Assembly (NCBI RefSeq): GCF_009914755.1
Contig: NC_060925.1
Length of the DNA: 64,000 nucleotides
Source: the human T2T-CHM13v2.0 reference genome, Homo sapiens
Direction: 5' to 3' (one strand)
The notes under the pieces: generated by a model
Database searches by the model: none
The model's input: the letters and a program-made list of their open reading frames with translations, nothing else
Told to the model about the DNA's origin: nothing
Shown: positions 1-17,329 of the stretch, one piece after another
Position numbering within the stretch: the stretch's first letter is position 1
How the letters are laid out: each line of letters starts with the position of its first letter
Translations under genes and position numbers: made by a program

Positions 1-199
1 ACAGTGGCAAATGCAGCAGAGAGGCCTAACGAGACAGGGGTCTTTTCGCCTAGCCTTTTATAAAATTTGTACATTATTCTAAACTATCAGTATGGTTTGC
101 GTTTCTTATTCTCTGATGAACGCATCGCATGAATTCACCAGGAAATTCTTCACTTATGAAAATACATAGCCAGTCAGGCCTGAGGAGAGTGAATGAAGC

Positions 200-512
200 T
201 GACCTTCCACACCCACCAGCCATATGTCGATATTGAACACTTGGAGGGCAATTAGTCCATTTTGAGACAGGCTATCAGTATAAAATACATACTGGATTTC
301 AGAAGCATTGTCTGAAAATGTAAAATATCTCATTAATAATTTTTATATTAATTACTAGTTCAGATCATATGTTGAATATACTGGGTTACATTAAATATGT
401 TATTAAATTTAACTTCACTTGTTTGTTTTTACTTTTCTTAATGTGGCCACTAGAAGATGTAAAATTACCCATGTGGCTTGCATTTGTGGCTGACATTTCT
501 ATTAGATGGTGG
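200..512 (-). mobile_element. MER33-like hAT-Charlie DNA transposon relic
   Basis: Resembles the reverse complement of the recalled MER33 consensus (atgtggccactagaa...aaattacccatgtggct...tttctattaga; aaatatctcattaataattttt). Boundaries approximate. Confidence 0.7.
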
Positions 513-568
513 TACTCCAAGCTGTGCTTACTTCCCTTTGCTTATATTTTTCACAAAATCCAGGGTAG

Positions 569-917
<349 letters not shown>

Positions 918-2424
918 TAGTCTTTTATGCCAACTTCAACAGCCTCAATTCACAGTGATCCTCTGCTTTCCCAAATGCCTCTGATAAACTGATAATTAGA
1001 ACATGAGACACATGAGATATTTTGTTCTCTGTTGTTCTCTTCAGAACATCTTTTTGGTAAATAATATAGATAATTTTTGTTCTCTATTTTAATTTGTTAT
1101 ATTTTAGTTCTTGTTCTAGGCTACATACAAACATAGATACGTATTTTTATCTGTGATAATACAAACACCTTAATAATAAATCCATAGGTTGAAATGATAG
1201 AATCTGGTAAAGGCAACCTATTTCTGACTATCAGTGCTAAAATAAATCTAGGGCAGAACTTTCTAGTTAGCTCCTTACTTTAGTCATGCCCTGACTTGTG
1301 ACATTCTAATGATGAACAGTATTATCATCATTAGCTGTTCAAATATGGAATATATTTTTAAGCTGTATAATATTTAATAACGTTAACTAGATTGAATGTT
1401 TGAAATGTTCACCTAGTTTCATAGATCCTAAACATATATTACATCAGCAGAAAAATATACTGTTTTTATCATATACTTGGAGTATTTCTATCTCTGTGTT
1501 TGGAATACAAATGCATAATTTTTCTGTAAAAAACACCATGTATTCCGAAAATTTTGTACACGATGTATTTCACTGTCAAACTAACATGAATTTAATTATT
1601 GCTTTCAAATTATACTCAATCATTTATTCAACATTTGCTATCTGTCAATACATTATTCAGTATTTCCTTCACTAGGAAGACATTTCATTACCATAAATTA
1701 GTACTAATTATAAAATAATTACTCAAGAAAAAGCTATGCCAGGTGAAAGAATTAGCTGCTCCTTACTAGCCACTGCAATCATCTATTAAACCTACATTTA
1801 TGTATACTAGTCAATAATGAAATTTCAATTAAAAAATCATAACTTGTTTTTGGTGCAAATTTAAACCTGATCAAAATAATAAAAAGAATATATTTTTATT
1901 CTAAAGCTGGTTAGTAGCCAAAATTATTTCATCTACCTATTTATCATCTATCTACTTGATACTAAAACGAATTGACTCAGACTCATGTTTGTTAAACTAT
2001 TTTTATTTGCACAGCTACTCTTTTCCACAAGTAAAAATCTTTTATTATTTTCTCCCATTCTGTCTTCTATATCTCTCTCTGCATATTTATTCACAAATGA
2101 AGAAGGGGTAAAACTTTAGTGTACATATATTACTCAGTTTATGCTATGTTTCCTCTTCATATGTAATTCACATGTGAAGGATTAGATCTAAATATAATAA
2201 AAAGTATGCTTTTTGTTTGTGCTTTGTGTGTGCCACCATCCAATTCCCCCATCCACCTGTGCACTATGAAATGTGCCCAGGAATGATGGTGGGTGCTTGG
2301 TACAGTCTTGGTGTAGAGATGTGCTGGTGCCCCTACCTTGAGTTTTCCTGATCCAATCCTTGTAGAATCCAAGAGTCTAGGAGAAAACTTACCTGTCACT
2401 TGACTCCATCAGTCAGCATAGATA

Positions 2425-3844
2425 TGATAGGTGACAGCATGCTGGCAGTCCTCACAGCCCTTGCTCGCTCTCGGTGCCTCCTCTGTCTGGGCTCCCACTT
2501 TGGCAGCACTTGAGGAGCCCTTCAGCCCGCCGCTGCACTGTGGAAGCCCTTTTCTGGGCTGGCCAAGGCCAGAGCCGCCTGCTCCCTCAGCTTGCAGGGA
2601 GGTGTGGAGGGAGAGGAGCGAGCGGGAACCGGGGCTGCGCGCGGCGCTTGCGGGCAAGCTGGAGTTCCGGGTGGGCGTGGGCTTGGCGGGCCCCGCACTC
2701 GGAGCAGCAGCAGGCCCTGCCAGCCCCGGGCAATGAGGGGCTTAGCACTCGGACCAGCGGCTGCGGAGGGTGTACTGGGTCCCCCAGCAGTGCCAGCCCA
2801 CCGGCGCTGCGCTCGATTTCTCACCGGGCCTTAGCTGCCTTCCCGCGGGGCAGGGCTCGGGACCTGCAGCCCGCCATGCCTGAGCCTCCCACCCACTCCA
2901 TGGGCTCCTGTGCGGCTCGAGCCTCCCCGATGAGCGCCGCCCCCTGCTCCACGGCGCCCAGTCCCATCAACCACCCAAGGGCTGAGGAGTGCGGGCGCAC
3001 GGCGCGGGACTGGCAGGCAGCTCCACCTGCAGCCCCGGTGCGGGATCCACTGGGTGAAGCCAGCTGGGCTCCTGAGTCTGGTGGGGACGTGGAGAACCTT
3101 TGTGTCTAGCTTAGGGATTGTAAATACACCAATTGGCACTCTGTATCTAGCTCAAGGTTTGTAAACACACCAATCTGCACCCTGTGTCTAGCTCAGGGTT
3201 TGTGAATGCACCAATCAACACTCTGTATCTAGCTACTCTGGTGGGGCCTTAGAGAACCTTTGTGTGGATACTCTGTATATGACTAATCTGGTGGGGAAGT
3301 GGAGAACCTTTGTGTCTAGCTCAGGGATTGTAAATGCACCAATCAGCGCCCTGTCAAAACAGACCACTCGGCTCTACCAATCAGCAGGATGTGGGTGGGG
3401 CCAGATAAGAGAATGAAAGCAGGCTGCGGGAGTCAGCAGTGGCAACCGCCTGGGGTCCCCTTCCACACCGTGGAAGCTTTGTTCTTTATAAATCTTGCTA
3501 CTGCTCACTCTTTGGGTCCATCCTGCTTTTATGAGCTGTAACACTCACCGCGAAGGTCTGCAGCTTCACTCCTGAAGCCAGCGAGACCACGAGCCCACCA
3601 GGAGGAACGAAAACTCCAGATGCGCTGCCTTAAGAGCTGTAACACTCACCGCGAAGGTCTGTAGCTTCACTCCTGAGCCAGCGAGACCACGAACCAACCA
3701 GAAGGAAGAAACTCCGAACACATCCGAACATCAGAAGGAACAAACTCCAGATGCGCCACCTTAAGAGCTGTAACACCCACCGTGAGAGTCCGCGGCTTCA
3801 TTCTTGAAGTCAGTGAGACCAAGAACCCACCAATTCCGGACACA
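2425..3844 (+). mobile_element. Solo LTR12C (ERV9 LTR)
   Basis: Begins tgataggtgacagcatgctggcagtcctcacagccc and ends aagaacccaccaattccggacaca. CpG-rich 5' U3, tandem caccaatc enhancer repeats at ~3100-3385, three U5 repeats at ~3530-3810. 4-bp TSD gata/gtta (one mismatch). Confidence 0.96.
3100..3420 (+). promoter_or_regulatory. LTR12C enhancer/promoter: NF-Y CCAAT repeats, GC/GT box, GATA site
   Basis: Multiple caccaat motifs, gtgggtgggg and agataa at 3403-3408. This is known ERV9 LTR promoter architecture; activity is not shown by sequence. Confidence 0.65.
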
Positions 3845-4084
3845 GTTAGAATTTCAGTCAATATATTTGATGTCATACAGATAAAAATTCAGGATAATTT
3901 ACTTCTATACAGAAAATATATTGGCAATGAAATGTAGTTAAGAATATTAGACCAAATAAACCAAATAAGGTCTAAAGAAATATTAGAAATAAAACAAAGC
4001 ATTGCAAAACTCCAGCTTCAGTCCACATAAACAATTCCTGAGTTAGAGAAATCCTATTTGTGTTAACAATGAGCTCTTCCCACT

Positions 4085-4250
4085 ACAGAATCTCAGAGTT
4101 GAAAGGACACTTAGAGATCATTGAGCCCAATTTTCTCAACACGCACAAAGAAATTGAAGTAACTTTTCCAAGGACAAACTGCAAGTTCTAGCAGAGTGGA
4201 GACAAAACCTAGGTCTCCTGTCTCCTATTTGGATGGGCTTCTGCCACACT
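4085..4250 (-). mobile_element. MIR
   Basis: agaatctcagagttgaaaggacacttagagatcat...aagtaacttttccaagg...aacctaggtctcctg resembles antisense MIR. Confidence 0.65.
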
Positions 4251-5529
4251 ATGCCTAAGATACAGCAAATTAGGACAATGTTCCAAGCTCTGGCTTTACA
4301 CTAAGATACCAAAGCACTCAGACAATAATTCGTGGGACGGCCAGTGGAGGAAGAATGAAATGGCTCTATTGTATATGCTTAAAATAATGTAAAGTCCCCA
4401 TCCATCACTCTGAAGGCTGCTTGTTGAAGGAGCTCAGGTGGTACACTCACAGGGCACTGTATCTAAGGAGAAAGATACTACATTGCAAACACTGTTAACC
4501 TATATGAGTGCAAGTGAGCAGAGATAGATTCCTGGCTTCCTGGCTGAGTCCCGCAAACTTGAGCTTGTGGAGTTATACAGTGGAGATCCCCACCATCACA
4601 GATCCACTGCAGCATACTTGGCCATGCATGCATTTTCACAGACACACACAGCCCCATAGAGGCAGGTTGTTCCCACCAGCTTCAGGGACATCATCCGAGG
4701 ACACTTCCCTCACCCATCTGCTGTTCCAGGAGGCTCAATTGCTCTGAACTTGTACGTGACATTTGCCTCATTGTGAAGTGGGTATAAAAGAGTGTTACTG
4801 AGCAAGGGAAAGTGCCGACAAAATCCTGTCTAAGCTTAAGGCAGATCTTCTTAGTGTCTCTGCCTCTGATTTCTCATGGGTTGTATAGGCTTTGAGCAAA
4901 AATTGAAAACACGGTTAATGTTTTGGAATAGCCAACAGAATGAGTTTAAGACTAATGCTTCCGATAAAACCTCATAGCTAGCTTTCCCCTACATAGAAAC
5001 TAATAATAAATCATGTTAACTTACTACATTGTAACTTAAGAAACAGCTTCGTAGTACTAGTTTCCCATATGTGGGCTTGGAGAAGACCTCATCTTCTCAT
5101 ACCAACAATGTCAATAGAAGAGATTGCACTTTTTGTTCTCATGTATCAAGTTTAAATAAATATTTACCTTTTTAAGATTATATTTTATGTTAACTGAATG
5201 TGATTGGTATTACTTGTATAAAACATAAATAAAGAATACTTAATTATTTTTCTGCCTCATAGCCCTTACTTTATATTAAAGCCCAACATGCCAGCTTTAT
5301 TCAAATTTCTTATCCCATTACAAAGGATAAATGCTACACAAAAAGAGTTTTAAGGGCCAAATGATTTCCAGTCTGGGATATTACATATGAAATATTCTGA
5401 GAAAGTCAAATCAAACTCCATCCTTGGAAAAAAATACAATATGTATGTCTTGCATGACACTACCAAATGAACATAAGCTCTGATTTTGATGTTTTTGTTT
5501 CTGCTGTTTTTGAGAGAACTGATGAATCA

Positions 5530-8380
<2,851 letters not shown>

Positions 8381-9037
8381 TAGGCTACAAGTATCTTCTC
8401 ATTTAGTAAGGGAGTGGACTCAGAGACTATTTTTGAAATTTTCTAGTATAAACTGATTTTTATTATATTAGATATTTCAAATATTTGATTTAAAATGCTA
8501 TTGAAATAAAATTCATGAATTATAATGTTTATGAGAGCTTTGGGAATTTACAGTTTTTTTATGGTTATAAAATGCATATTAGATAAATAATTTCAATGCA
8601 CATTGTTTTCTTTTAAAGGAAAAAAAAAGTATCTGTTTTCAGGTTACCTGTGGGCAAGAACAGTGTATATTCACTGAAAGGAAATAATTCAGGAGATCAG
8701 GAAGTTTTGGTACATAATGTGGCCTTCAAAGTATCTTAACACATTTTTGATGGATATCTTACTTTTAAAGTAGTAAAAACAATCTGATGTTCCATATTTG
8801 ACAAGACAGCATTTTATCAGAAGATTATCAAGTTGTAACCTGGTGATAAGATTTAAAAAATATTTAGGGAAAAAGTGAGACATGGAGCCATATAAATAAA
8901 GGTGATTTGGTAATAGAGCTATAATTATCTCAGTAAGTTCAGGTTGTGGTGGAAATGTAATGAATACTGGTAAATTCAGTATAATTCAATTCCAGATTAT
9001 ATATTCTCAATCACCTTTAATTAAAATAGAAATGACT

Positions 9038-9343
<306 letters not shown>

Positions 9344-9537
9344 TTAGTATTATACATGCAGAATTCCACTTGGAGTCACAAGATGGTTGTATCTAGGATG
9401 AGTTGCACCTGCATTAAAATTTTTTTTTCCTAGGATAGTGTTTTATGTATTTGTTTTAAATGTGATGGTTTTAAATGGAGCATATTTCATCTGCTTCAGT
9501 GTTTTTTAAATTGTGAAAGTGTCCAGTATGAAACATA

Positions 9538-10032
9538 TTTTTTTTCTTTCTTCAATTGTTAAGTTCAGGGGTACATGTGCAAGATGTGCAGGTTTGTTAC
9601 ATAACTAAATGTGTGTCATGGTGGTTTGCTGGACAGATCAACTCATCACCTAGGCATTAAGCCCAGCATTCATTAGCTATTCTTCCTGACACTCTCCATC
9701 CCCCCAACCCCAGTTGGGGCCCAGTGTGTGTTGTTCTCTACCATCTGTCCATGTGCTCTCATCATTCAGCTCCTACTTATAAATGAGAACATATGGTGTT
9801 TGATTTTCTGTTTCTGCATTAGTTTGCTGAGGATAATGGCTTCCAACTCCGTCCATGTGCCTGCCAAAGGACATGATCTTGTTCCTTTTTATGGCTGCAT
9901 AGTATTTCATGGTGTAAATCTACCACATTTTATTTATCCAGTCTATCACTGATGGGCGTTTGGGTTGATTCCATGTCTTTGCTATTGTGAATAGTGCTGC
10001 AATGAACATAAATATGTGCATGTATCTTTATA
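9538..10032 (-). mobile_element. L1PA (older, ~PA10-13) 3' fragment
   Basis: T-tail then aagttcaggggtacatgtgcaagatgtgcaggtttgttac...; antisense L1 3'UTR and ORF2 end. Confidence 0.9.
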
Positions 10033-10494
10033 GTAAGACACACATTTTGTGTTGTTACCCAAACTCTCTGTTACACATACACACACACATACACAGTATT
10101 TACTGCTTACCACATTTGTGGGGTATGTTCTGATTGATCTATTGTATTTTATTCTATTAGTTGTTGTTTTTTTTTTTTAATTTGAAAAGTGCTGCCTTTG
10201 GCCCACCAAATTCAACCTGAAGTTGAAAGCATAGTCTCTTCTCTTACCTTTGGCAAATGCCACACGTTTCATTACCTAACCTGCCCTCAAAGGCATTTAT
10301 ATTTGAACCTTTAACTAGATTAGGAAAAATTGTTCTAAAACCTCAAGGGAACATTTTCAAAAGCTGATGAACAGATCAAACGGGGTGAAACAAATAATGT
10401 TGGATGAGAAGGGGAATCTTAGATTCAGGAAGGGAAGATAAATCATGTACACTGTTACTATTTACTATTAAGCACTTGAATCACCAATGAACCT

Positions 10495-11050
10495 TGAAAA
10501 TCAGTAAGCATGCTTTCGACTGCAAGAATAAAAACCGCGAACACAAATGACATTAAATAGTAAGAATATATATTAAAATCAAAATGAATTAAGTAATAAA
10601 GATATTTATTATCTCCCATGTCTAAAAGTTCAGAGGTTGAGTAAGTTTATTTACAATGACTCAATGATGCTACTAAGTAATTTATTTTCCCATATTACCA
10701 TTTTACTATGTTGGATATTCGATTCATCCTAAGACTAGTTTTCCTTGTGACTTTCAGGTAGCTCCAATAGGCATTCTTTCTTGGTCATGACAGAGAGAAA
10801 AAATATATATCTCCCAGGGAAGGAATGTAAGTCCTTACTCTAGTCTAATTGGTCTAACATAGTTATGTTGGATCCTTTGGATCAATGTTAATCTTCTGGG
10901 GATTGCCAGCCATTGATTGGCTGCAACTAATTCAGAACTATTCCTAGAGTTGAGAATGAGTTCAACTTCTCTGGAGTCACACAGTGGAGGAGTAAATCTT
11001 GCATCAAAATTGGGATTCGGTTAGAATGGGAAAAGTTGTGGTGATGGGGC
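10495..11050 (-). mobile_element. Old ERVL LTR (LTR33-like)
   Basis: tcagtaagcatgctttcgactgcaagaataaaaacc...tttattatctcccatg...agttcagagg resembles an antisense LTR33-type end; heavily diverged. Confidence 0.45.
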
Positions 11051-12490
11051 TAGATAATACATGATGCAAAGGCAGTGTCCAGGTTTTTTAATAGATCTTT
11101 GATGGAACTATCTTATTTCATGGCTTCAACATTCCTCAATTCCCTGTAGCTGAAGCTTGGACTGTCATGGAAAAGATCAGCTTTATCTTAAGAGCTGGGA
11201 TATATACCAGCCTTAGTCATGTACCAGATAACAGGAAAGTTAGCACCATTTATATCCAGATTGCTTAGTATTAATGATCTTTATTTGTATTTATTTCCAA
11301 CTATTTATCACACTTAAGTGACTGAGATTCATTTTTATTTTTTACTACCATCTTTCCCTTATTTTATTCTCTTGCATTTCAGTGTGCAGATGATCATCAG
11401 CCTGATTCCTTATCATATTTAGGACTTCAGCTGCAACTTATTCAAGCCAATCTTGATACCTAGAACTTTGAGTCCTCCCCTGATACCAAACTTTGTATTT
11501 AAGACCATATTTCTGCTGGAAATCATCCTGTTGCCCATTTGGATCTCCAAGTAGCTCTTGATCCTTGTTTTCCAATTGTCATGTTAATGGACACATTGCT
11601 GACTTCTGCTGTATTTATTTAATCATAATTGCTTTTCTTTAAATTTTCTTAGTGCATCTTGCCACAATTCTAAGAACTACTGTCTAGTCAACTGGAATTC
11701 CTTTTACAGACTGCTCTAGATTTTCTCTAAACTTTAGTAGTGTCTTACATTTTTTAACACATTTAGTGCAAGATGTTGACGTCTTCCACTCTTACCCAGG
11801 GTTTACACTAAACCCTTCCATGCTTGCTATACATATCAGATATTTCTCTTTCTCCTTTTCTGGTGTGTCTGGACCAAGTATTTCATTTGGTCCCATAGGG
11901 GATCTTTTTAAAAACTATATAAGAGACTTTAAAATTCTACTTGCCCAATTGTGTATAACCTACTTATTAGTAATCTTGAGGCTGGGATGTTAGTTTATTA
12001 ATTTTTTTTAATTCCTCACCTATAGAATTTAGTCTTGTGCCTTACAATAGTCAGTCAATAAACAGAGTTAATTAATATACATATAAATGAATATAACAAA
12101 GAATTAATATATTCTTTGAGCCATTACCCTTGTTTAGTTCTGAAAATTCCTCCTAGTGCCCGTAAATCTCTTCTAGATATTTCTAATTTCCTGTACTAAG
12201 ACAAACCCAAGGTTTGGAGTCCTGGGTGGTTAAAAAAAAAAAAAAAAAGGAATGCTTTGTACTGCTAGAGGACTTTTTTCAGTATTCAAATGGTGCTAAC
12301 CCACCCAATCCTACTCTTCTTCATTACTACTGTAGGAATATCCAATCTTTAAGTCACAGTCCTGGCACAAATGGAGAAATGGAGAAGTAGACACCCACTG
12401 TCTACAGAATTAGCACTTGGTGAAGTATATGAAGTATTTCCTATTAGTACAAGAGTGAAAAACTCAGGAAAAGGAAATGGATTTAGAAAC

Positions 12491-12790
12491 TTTTTTTTTT
12501 TTTGAGACGAAGTCTTGCTCTGTTACCCAGGCTGGAGTACAATGGCATGATCTCATGATCTCGGCTCACTGCAACCTCCACCTCCTGGTTCAAGCGATTC
12601 TCCTGCCCCAGCCTCCTGCATAGCTGGTATTATAGGCATGCACCACCATGCCCAGCAAATTTTTGTATTTTTAGTAGAAATGGGGTTTCACCATGTTGGT
12701 CAAGCTGGTCTCGAACTCCTGACCTCGTGCTCTGCCCACCTCTGCCTCCCAAAGTGCTGGGATTACAGGCGTGAGCCACCATGCCCAGCT
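12491..12790 (-). mobile_element. Alu (AluS-type)
   Basis: Poly-T and Alu body with a small catgatct duplication; TSD agaaacttt. Confidence 0.97.
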
Positions 12791-13000
12791 GAGAAACTTT
12801 CTTAAAGGATAATTGACATACTAACATCATATAGAGCTTGAAAAAATACAAAGGAAAGTGCAGGGCTATCAGGACTGGTATATGTGTTGGTACCCAACCA
12901 CCTAATCATATATCCTGGATTAAATTGCAAAAGCATTTAATATATCTACAGCACATATTTAAAAAGCTGGAATGATAAAAATATTCACCAATTCATGACG

Positions 13001-14330
13001 TTTTTTAAGTAAATAGATTTTAGTCAGTCTTTCGTAGAGTTTATAATAAATATTTGTTCTTTAACATGGTAGTTATTTTTCAGTTTTTACCTTATGAGCT
13101 ATGAAACATGTGGTGAACCAGTGTAACAAATCAGAAATTACAATAAATTTTAAGACACTCTTCTGAAAGGGCCCAATCGATTTGTAGATTGTGTCATCCT
13201 GATGTTCCTATCTGCGTTATACTACATAAAGAAGGTCCTTGCTTGTCTCTGAAGGATAATATTAATCTTACTCTTCAAGTAAGCACCCAGTATATCTCAA
13301 ATGTCAGAAAGAAAGTCTTATTCAGTGTTGCTGAGTTCATAAAGGATGACATTTACTCCTTAGGAAGCAGCATTCAGAATATTATGATGAGACATCCCAC
13401 CTGGGATGACCTTTACCCAGCTGGAGGTAAAGGTCAGCTTCTATACTCTGCAGAACGCTGCTCCCAGAACCAGCACACAGGGCCACGACTTTGACTTTAG
13501 AACTCTTCAGTCCTCGCTACTCTAAGAACTAAGCACATATGTAATAGTTTTAAGTGGCTTGTGATTTACTCAGTCATGGCTGTCAGGGAGATAGATTCAT
13601 CCAGTATGCATAACCATCCCATTCCAGTATGTAGAAGCAAAGGCTTCTCCAGTACATAATTTCAGTCTTCTGATGTCATTTTATGCTCTGGGAGAGAAAA
13701 GCCACTACCTGCATCAAAGTCTTCTGAGTATAACTGAGACTGAGTCATGTTTGTTTTTCATCATCAATCCCAGGAGACAAAGAAGCGACAGAAACATTCA
13801 CAACTCTTTTTCACTGCAGACGTGACTTTGTCCAGGTCTTCGGTGGGTTCTCTATGGAGTCATTGGAAGCTTCGAAAGGATGCATCAGCCTAGAGGTCCA
13901 AGCTCCAAGCCCTTTAGCCAACCAGTTGCAAACTCCCTGGGGTGCAGCATCATAGGCTATGTGAGGAAAATACATACCAACTTCGTTCTCCAGACCCTGG
14001 ATTACCAGGAGTTCTTTCCAGGTTTTCTAGGTTATGTGCCTTATAGGTCTGAAAATTGGTGGATGGCAGGAGAGAATGAGGTCTGCCTTCCTTCACAGCA
14101 CCTCCTCCATCACTCCCTCAGTCAAGTCATTGGTCTGGAAGAGTGTGTTTATAGTATGTGATGCTCTTGGTTCCACCAGTAATCCAATATTGTCACAACT
14201 CTCAGCAAATGAGAGGGATGCAAAGTCATTCAAGGAGGCAAGAAGAGCCTTCAAATCCATGAAATAATGAGATTTGCAGATCAGGGAATCTTTAAGCAGA
14301 ACAGATTCCATGTCCTGATACTACGCCATT
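13001..14330 (-). pseudogene. NIF3L1: Processed pseudogene of NIF3L1
   Basis: ORF 14093-14311 reads DSLIC...FMDLKALLASLNDFASLSFAESCDNIGLLVEP...TINTLFQTNDLTEGVMEEVL, matching the recalled NIF3L1 N-terminus. Minus-strand continuation gives AYDAAPQGV, EKPLLLHTGMG, VKVVALCAGSGSSVLQ, MSHH and KINIIL...VV* (stop 13217-13219), then a 3'UTR and a short A tail at 13001-13006. No introns; many stops. Confidence 0.95.
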
Positions 14331-14429
14331 CTCTAGATTCTTCTAAACCTGGCAAGTTTGAAAGTGAAGCCCTTGTGGGCCACCACACTGGCTTTGAGTT
14401 ATTTACTGTTACATTTGAAAGAGCCCTTG

Positions 14430-14745
14430 GAAATAACATAATAGAACACCCTCATTTCACAGATTAGAAAACTGTGAGGCTATATAGCTTGAAGTCACAG
14501 TTAACAACAATGGGAGTCACTACAGCATAGTGCCTCTCTTAAGGAGAAGTGACTCTGAAGCTAAACTGAATCCCAGAGCCACAGCTGTGTAACCACAGGC
14601 AAATTACATAACCTCTGCAGTTTCTCCTTCTGAAGAATGGAAATAATAGTACCCAGCAGATAATGTTGCAAGATTTCCACAGAAAGCTGAAAACAGTGCC
14701 TGTCCTAGAATAAGCACTATGTTTGTGATTGTTAAGTAACATTAG
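14430..14745. mobile_element. MIR fragments
   Basis: ctcatttcacagattagaaaactgtgagg and ctgtgtaaccacaggcaaattacataacctctgcagtttctcc...aatggaaataatagtacc MIR core-like motifs. Confidence 0.6.
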
Positions 14746-15622
14746 TAGGGCTCCTTTACACCTGCAAACTGCTCACCCTCACTCACCCCTCATTTCAGTG
14801 TTACTTCAAGCCTTTTCTAGGTCAGTCAAGAGCCACATGACACAGCTAGTAAATCTTTGAGTCCTGACTCCTGCCCTGTTAGCCCCATGCTCTTGTGTGG
14901 CAGGCAGTTTTCTGTCCCAATCTTCTTTTTTGTCCTCTTTCTCTGAAGCACCACCATAACAGTCATAACTTGCTCTAGCCAGGACCTGCCAGTACCTGAC
15001 ATGTTTTAGAAACAATATGTGAAGCAAAAGGCTTGATATTCCAAACTCATCTGAGTGAAAGGATTGAAGTCTCTACGTGGACATTTAGGAATGACAACTG
15101 TAGAAGAATTTTGTTTGCTTGTGGAAATATTCAGAGCACACCTGGAGCATGAAAATTTTAATTCAAAAAGCTACACATGGAGTCACCTTTCTGTATCTCT
15201 TTCTTGCATGTTTTATTTTTGTTTCTAACAAAAAGATAATTCTGTGACAGCAGTCTTATGTCAAAGGCACAGAAGAGAGGAATGAATTAAAAGATTGATA
15301 GAGCTTCATTTGAATAGGCAGTAACACAAGCTGGAAAACTGCTGACACTAAAAAAAATAAAAGTGAATTTGGATAAATGTTTTTCATGATGGCATTTAAT
15401 TGATGCTGCCAAGATTGAAGAAATACTCCACTTTTGCTTCTTGAAACTTTATTTGTTTAAAAGATTTTAATGTCCCTCCCTGCCTCACTCCAAAGAAAAA
15501 ACGAAAACCTAAGTAATATTTTTATTAAATCTTTGTGGATAACCAATTACAATTTATATATAGCAAATACATTTTCTAAGTTTTTCAGACAGTCTCGATT
15601 GAAATTGTAAATAAACTAGTCA

Positions 15623-15718
15623 TAATCACTGCTGTCATCACCATCATTGATCGTTAGCAACAGCAGCAAATAATCACTACTGTCTTCATCATCATCAATT
15701 GTTAGCAACAACAGCAAC
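15623..15718. repeat. 48-bp tandem duplication (2 copies)
   Basis: taatcactgctgtcatcaccatcattgatcgttagcaacagcagcaaa followed by taatcactactgtcttcatcatcatcaattgttagcaacaacagcaac. Confidence 0.85.
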
Positions 15719-15769
15719 AGTGTTACCACCTTCCTCTCTTGTCCTATGCTTCTGCCTTTGTAGATGTCA

Positions 15770-15912
15770 TATGTTTTATAGCATATATTTAAGTTGCATA
15801 ACATGATGTTTTGACATGCTCGTACACAAAAAATGGTCATGAAAACCAACTAAATTAACATACCCTTCATGTTTTTCTTTTTCGGTGGCAAGAGCACCTA
15901 AAATCTACTCTC
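15770..15912 (-). mobile_element. L1MA 3' end fragment
   Basis: catatatttaagttgcataacatgatgttttg...agagcacctaaaatctactct resembles an antisense L1MA 3'UTR. Confidence 0.6.
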
Positions 15913-16059
15913 ATGTGTTTTAGTTGATTTATGGCAATAAAGTTTCACTCCATGTCTTTGGAAGAAAAAGAAAAAATGTGTTTAATTTTTCAGGTAAATT
16001 ACTTTTAATAAATGGAATATTAATTATTTAAATAATATCAGCCATATTCAATAACCATT

Positions 16060-17042
<983 letters not shown>

Positions 17043-17329
17043 AATAAAATTCCATGCATCAAACCAAATGACTAATATTTTATTTAAATATATCTTCATA
17101 TTTATTAAAGATAGCATTTCGAGTGTGGTGGCAAAATCACAGAAGCAAAGATTTTAATTTTAAAATATTTCACTGAGAAAGTGAAGAAAACTGGTTTCTT
17201 TGCAGAGAAGTTGAGACAATGTTACATTCCAAGTGTGACAAAGTTATAGAGGAACCTGACTAGTAAGGACAAGAGAAAGCTACTTGTGATGCTGTGATCC
17301 TCCCCTCTTTCTCTTTTTTTATATTTTGT

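Noticed and set aside
2409-3139. Cluster of overlapping ORFs up to 211 aa
   Set aside because: All lie in the GC-rich U3 of LTR12C, where stop codons are depleted; no protein family is recognisable.
3100-3810. Regularly spaced direct repeats resembling a CRISPR array
   Set aside because: They are the standard ERV9 LTR U3 and U5 tandem repeats, with no unique spacers and no cas genes, in primate DNA.
4330-4800. GC-richer segment with a 79-aa ORF
   Set aside because: No recognisable homology; probably an old LTR relic, not assignable from sequence alone.
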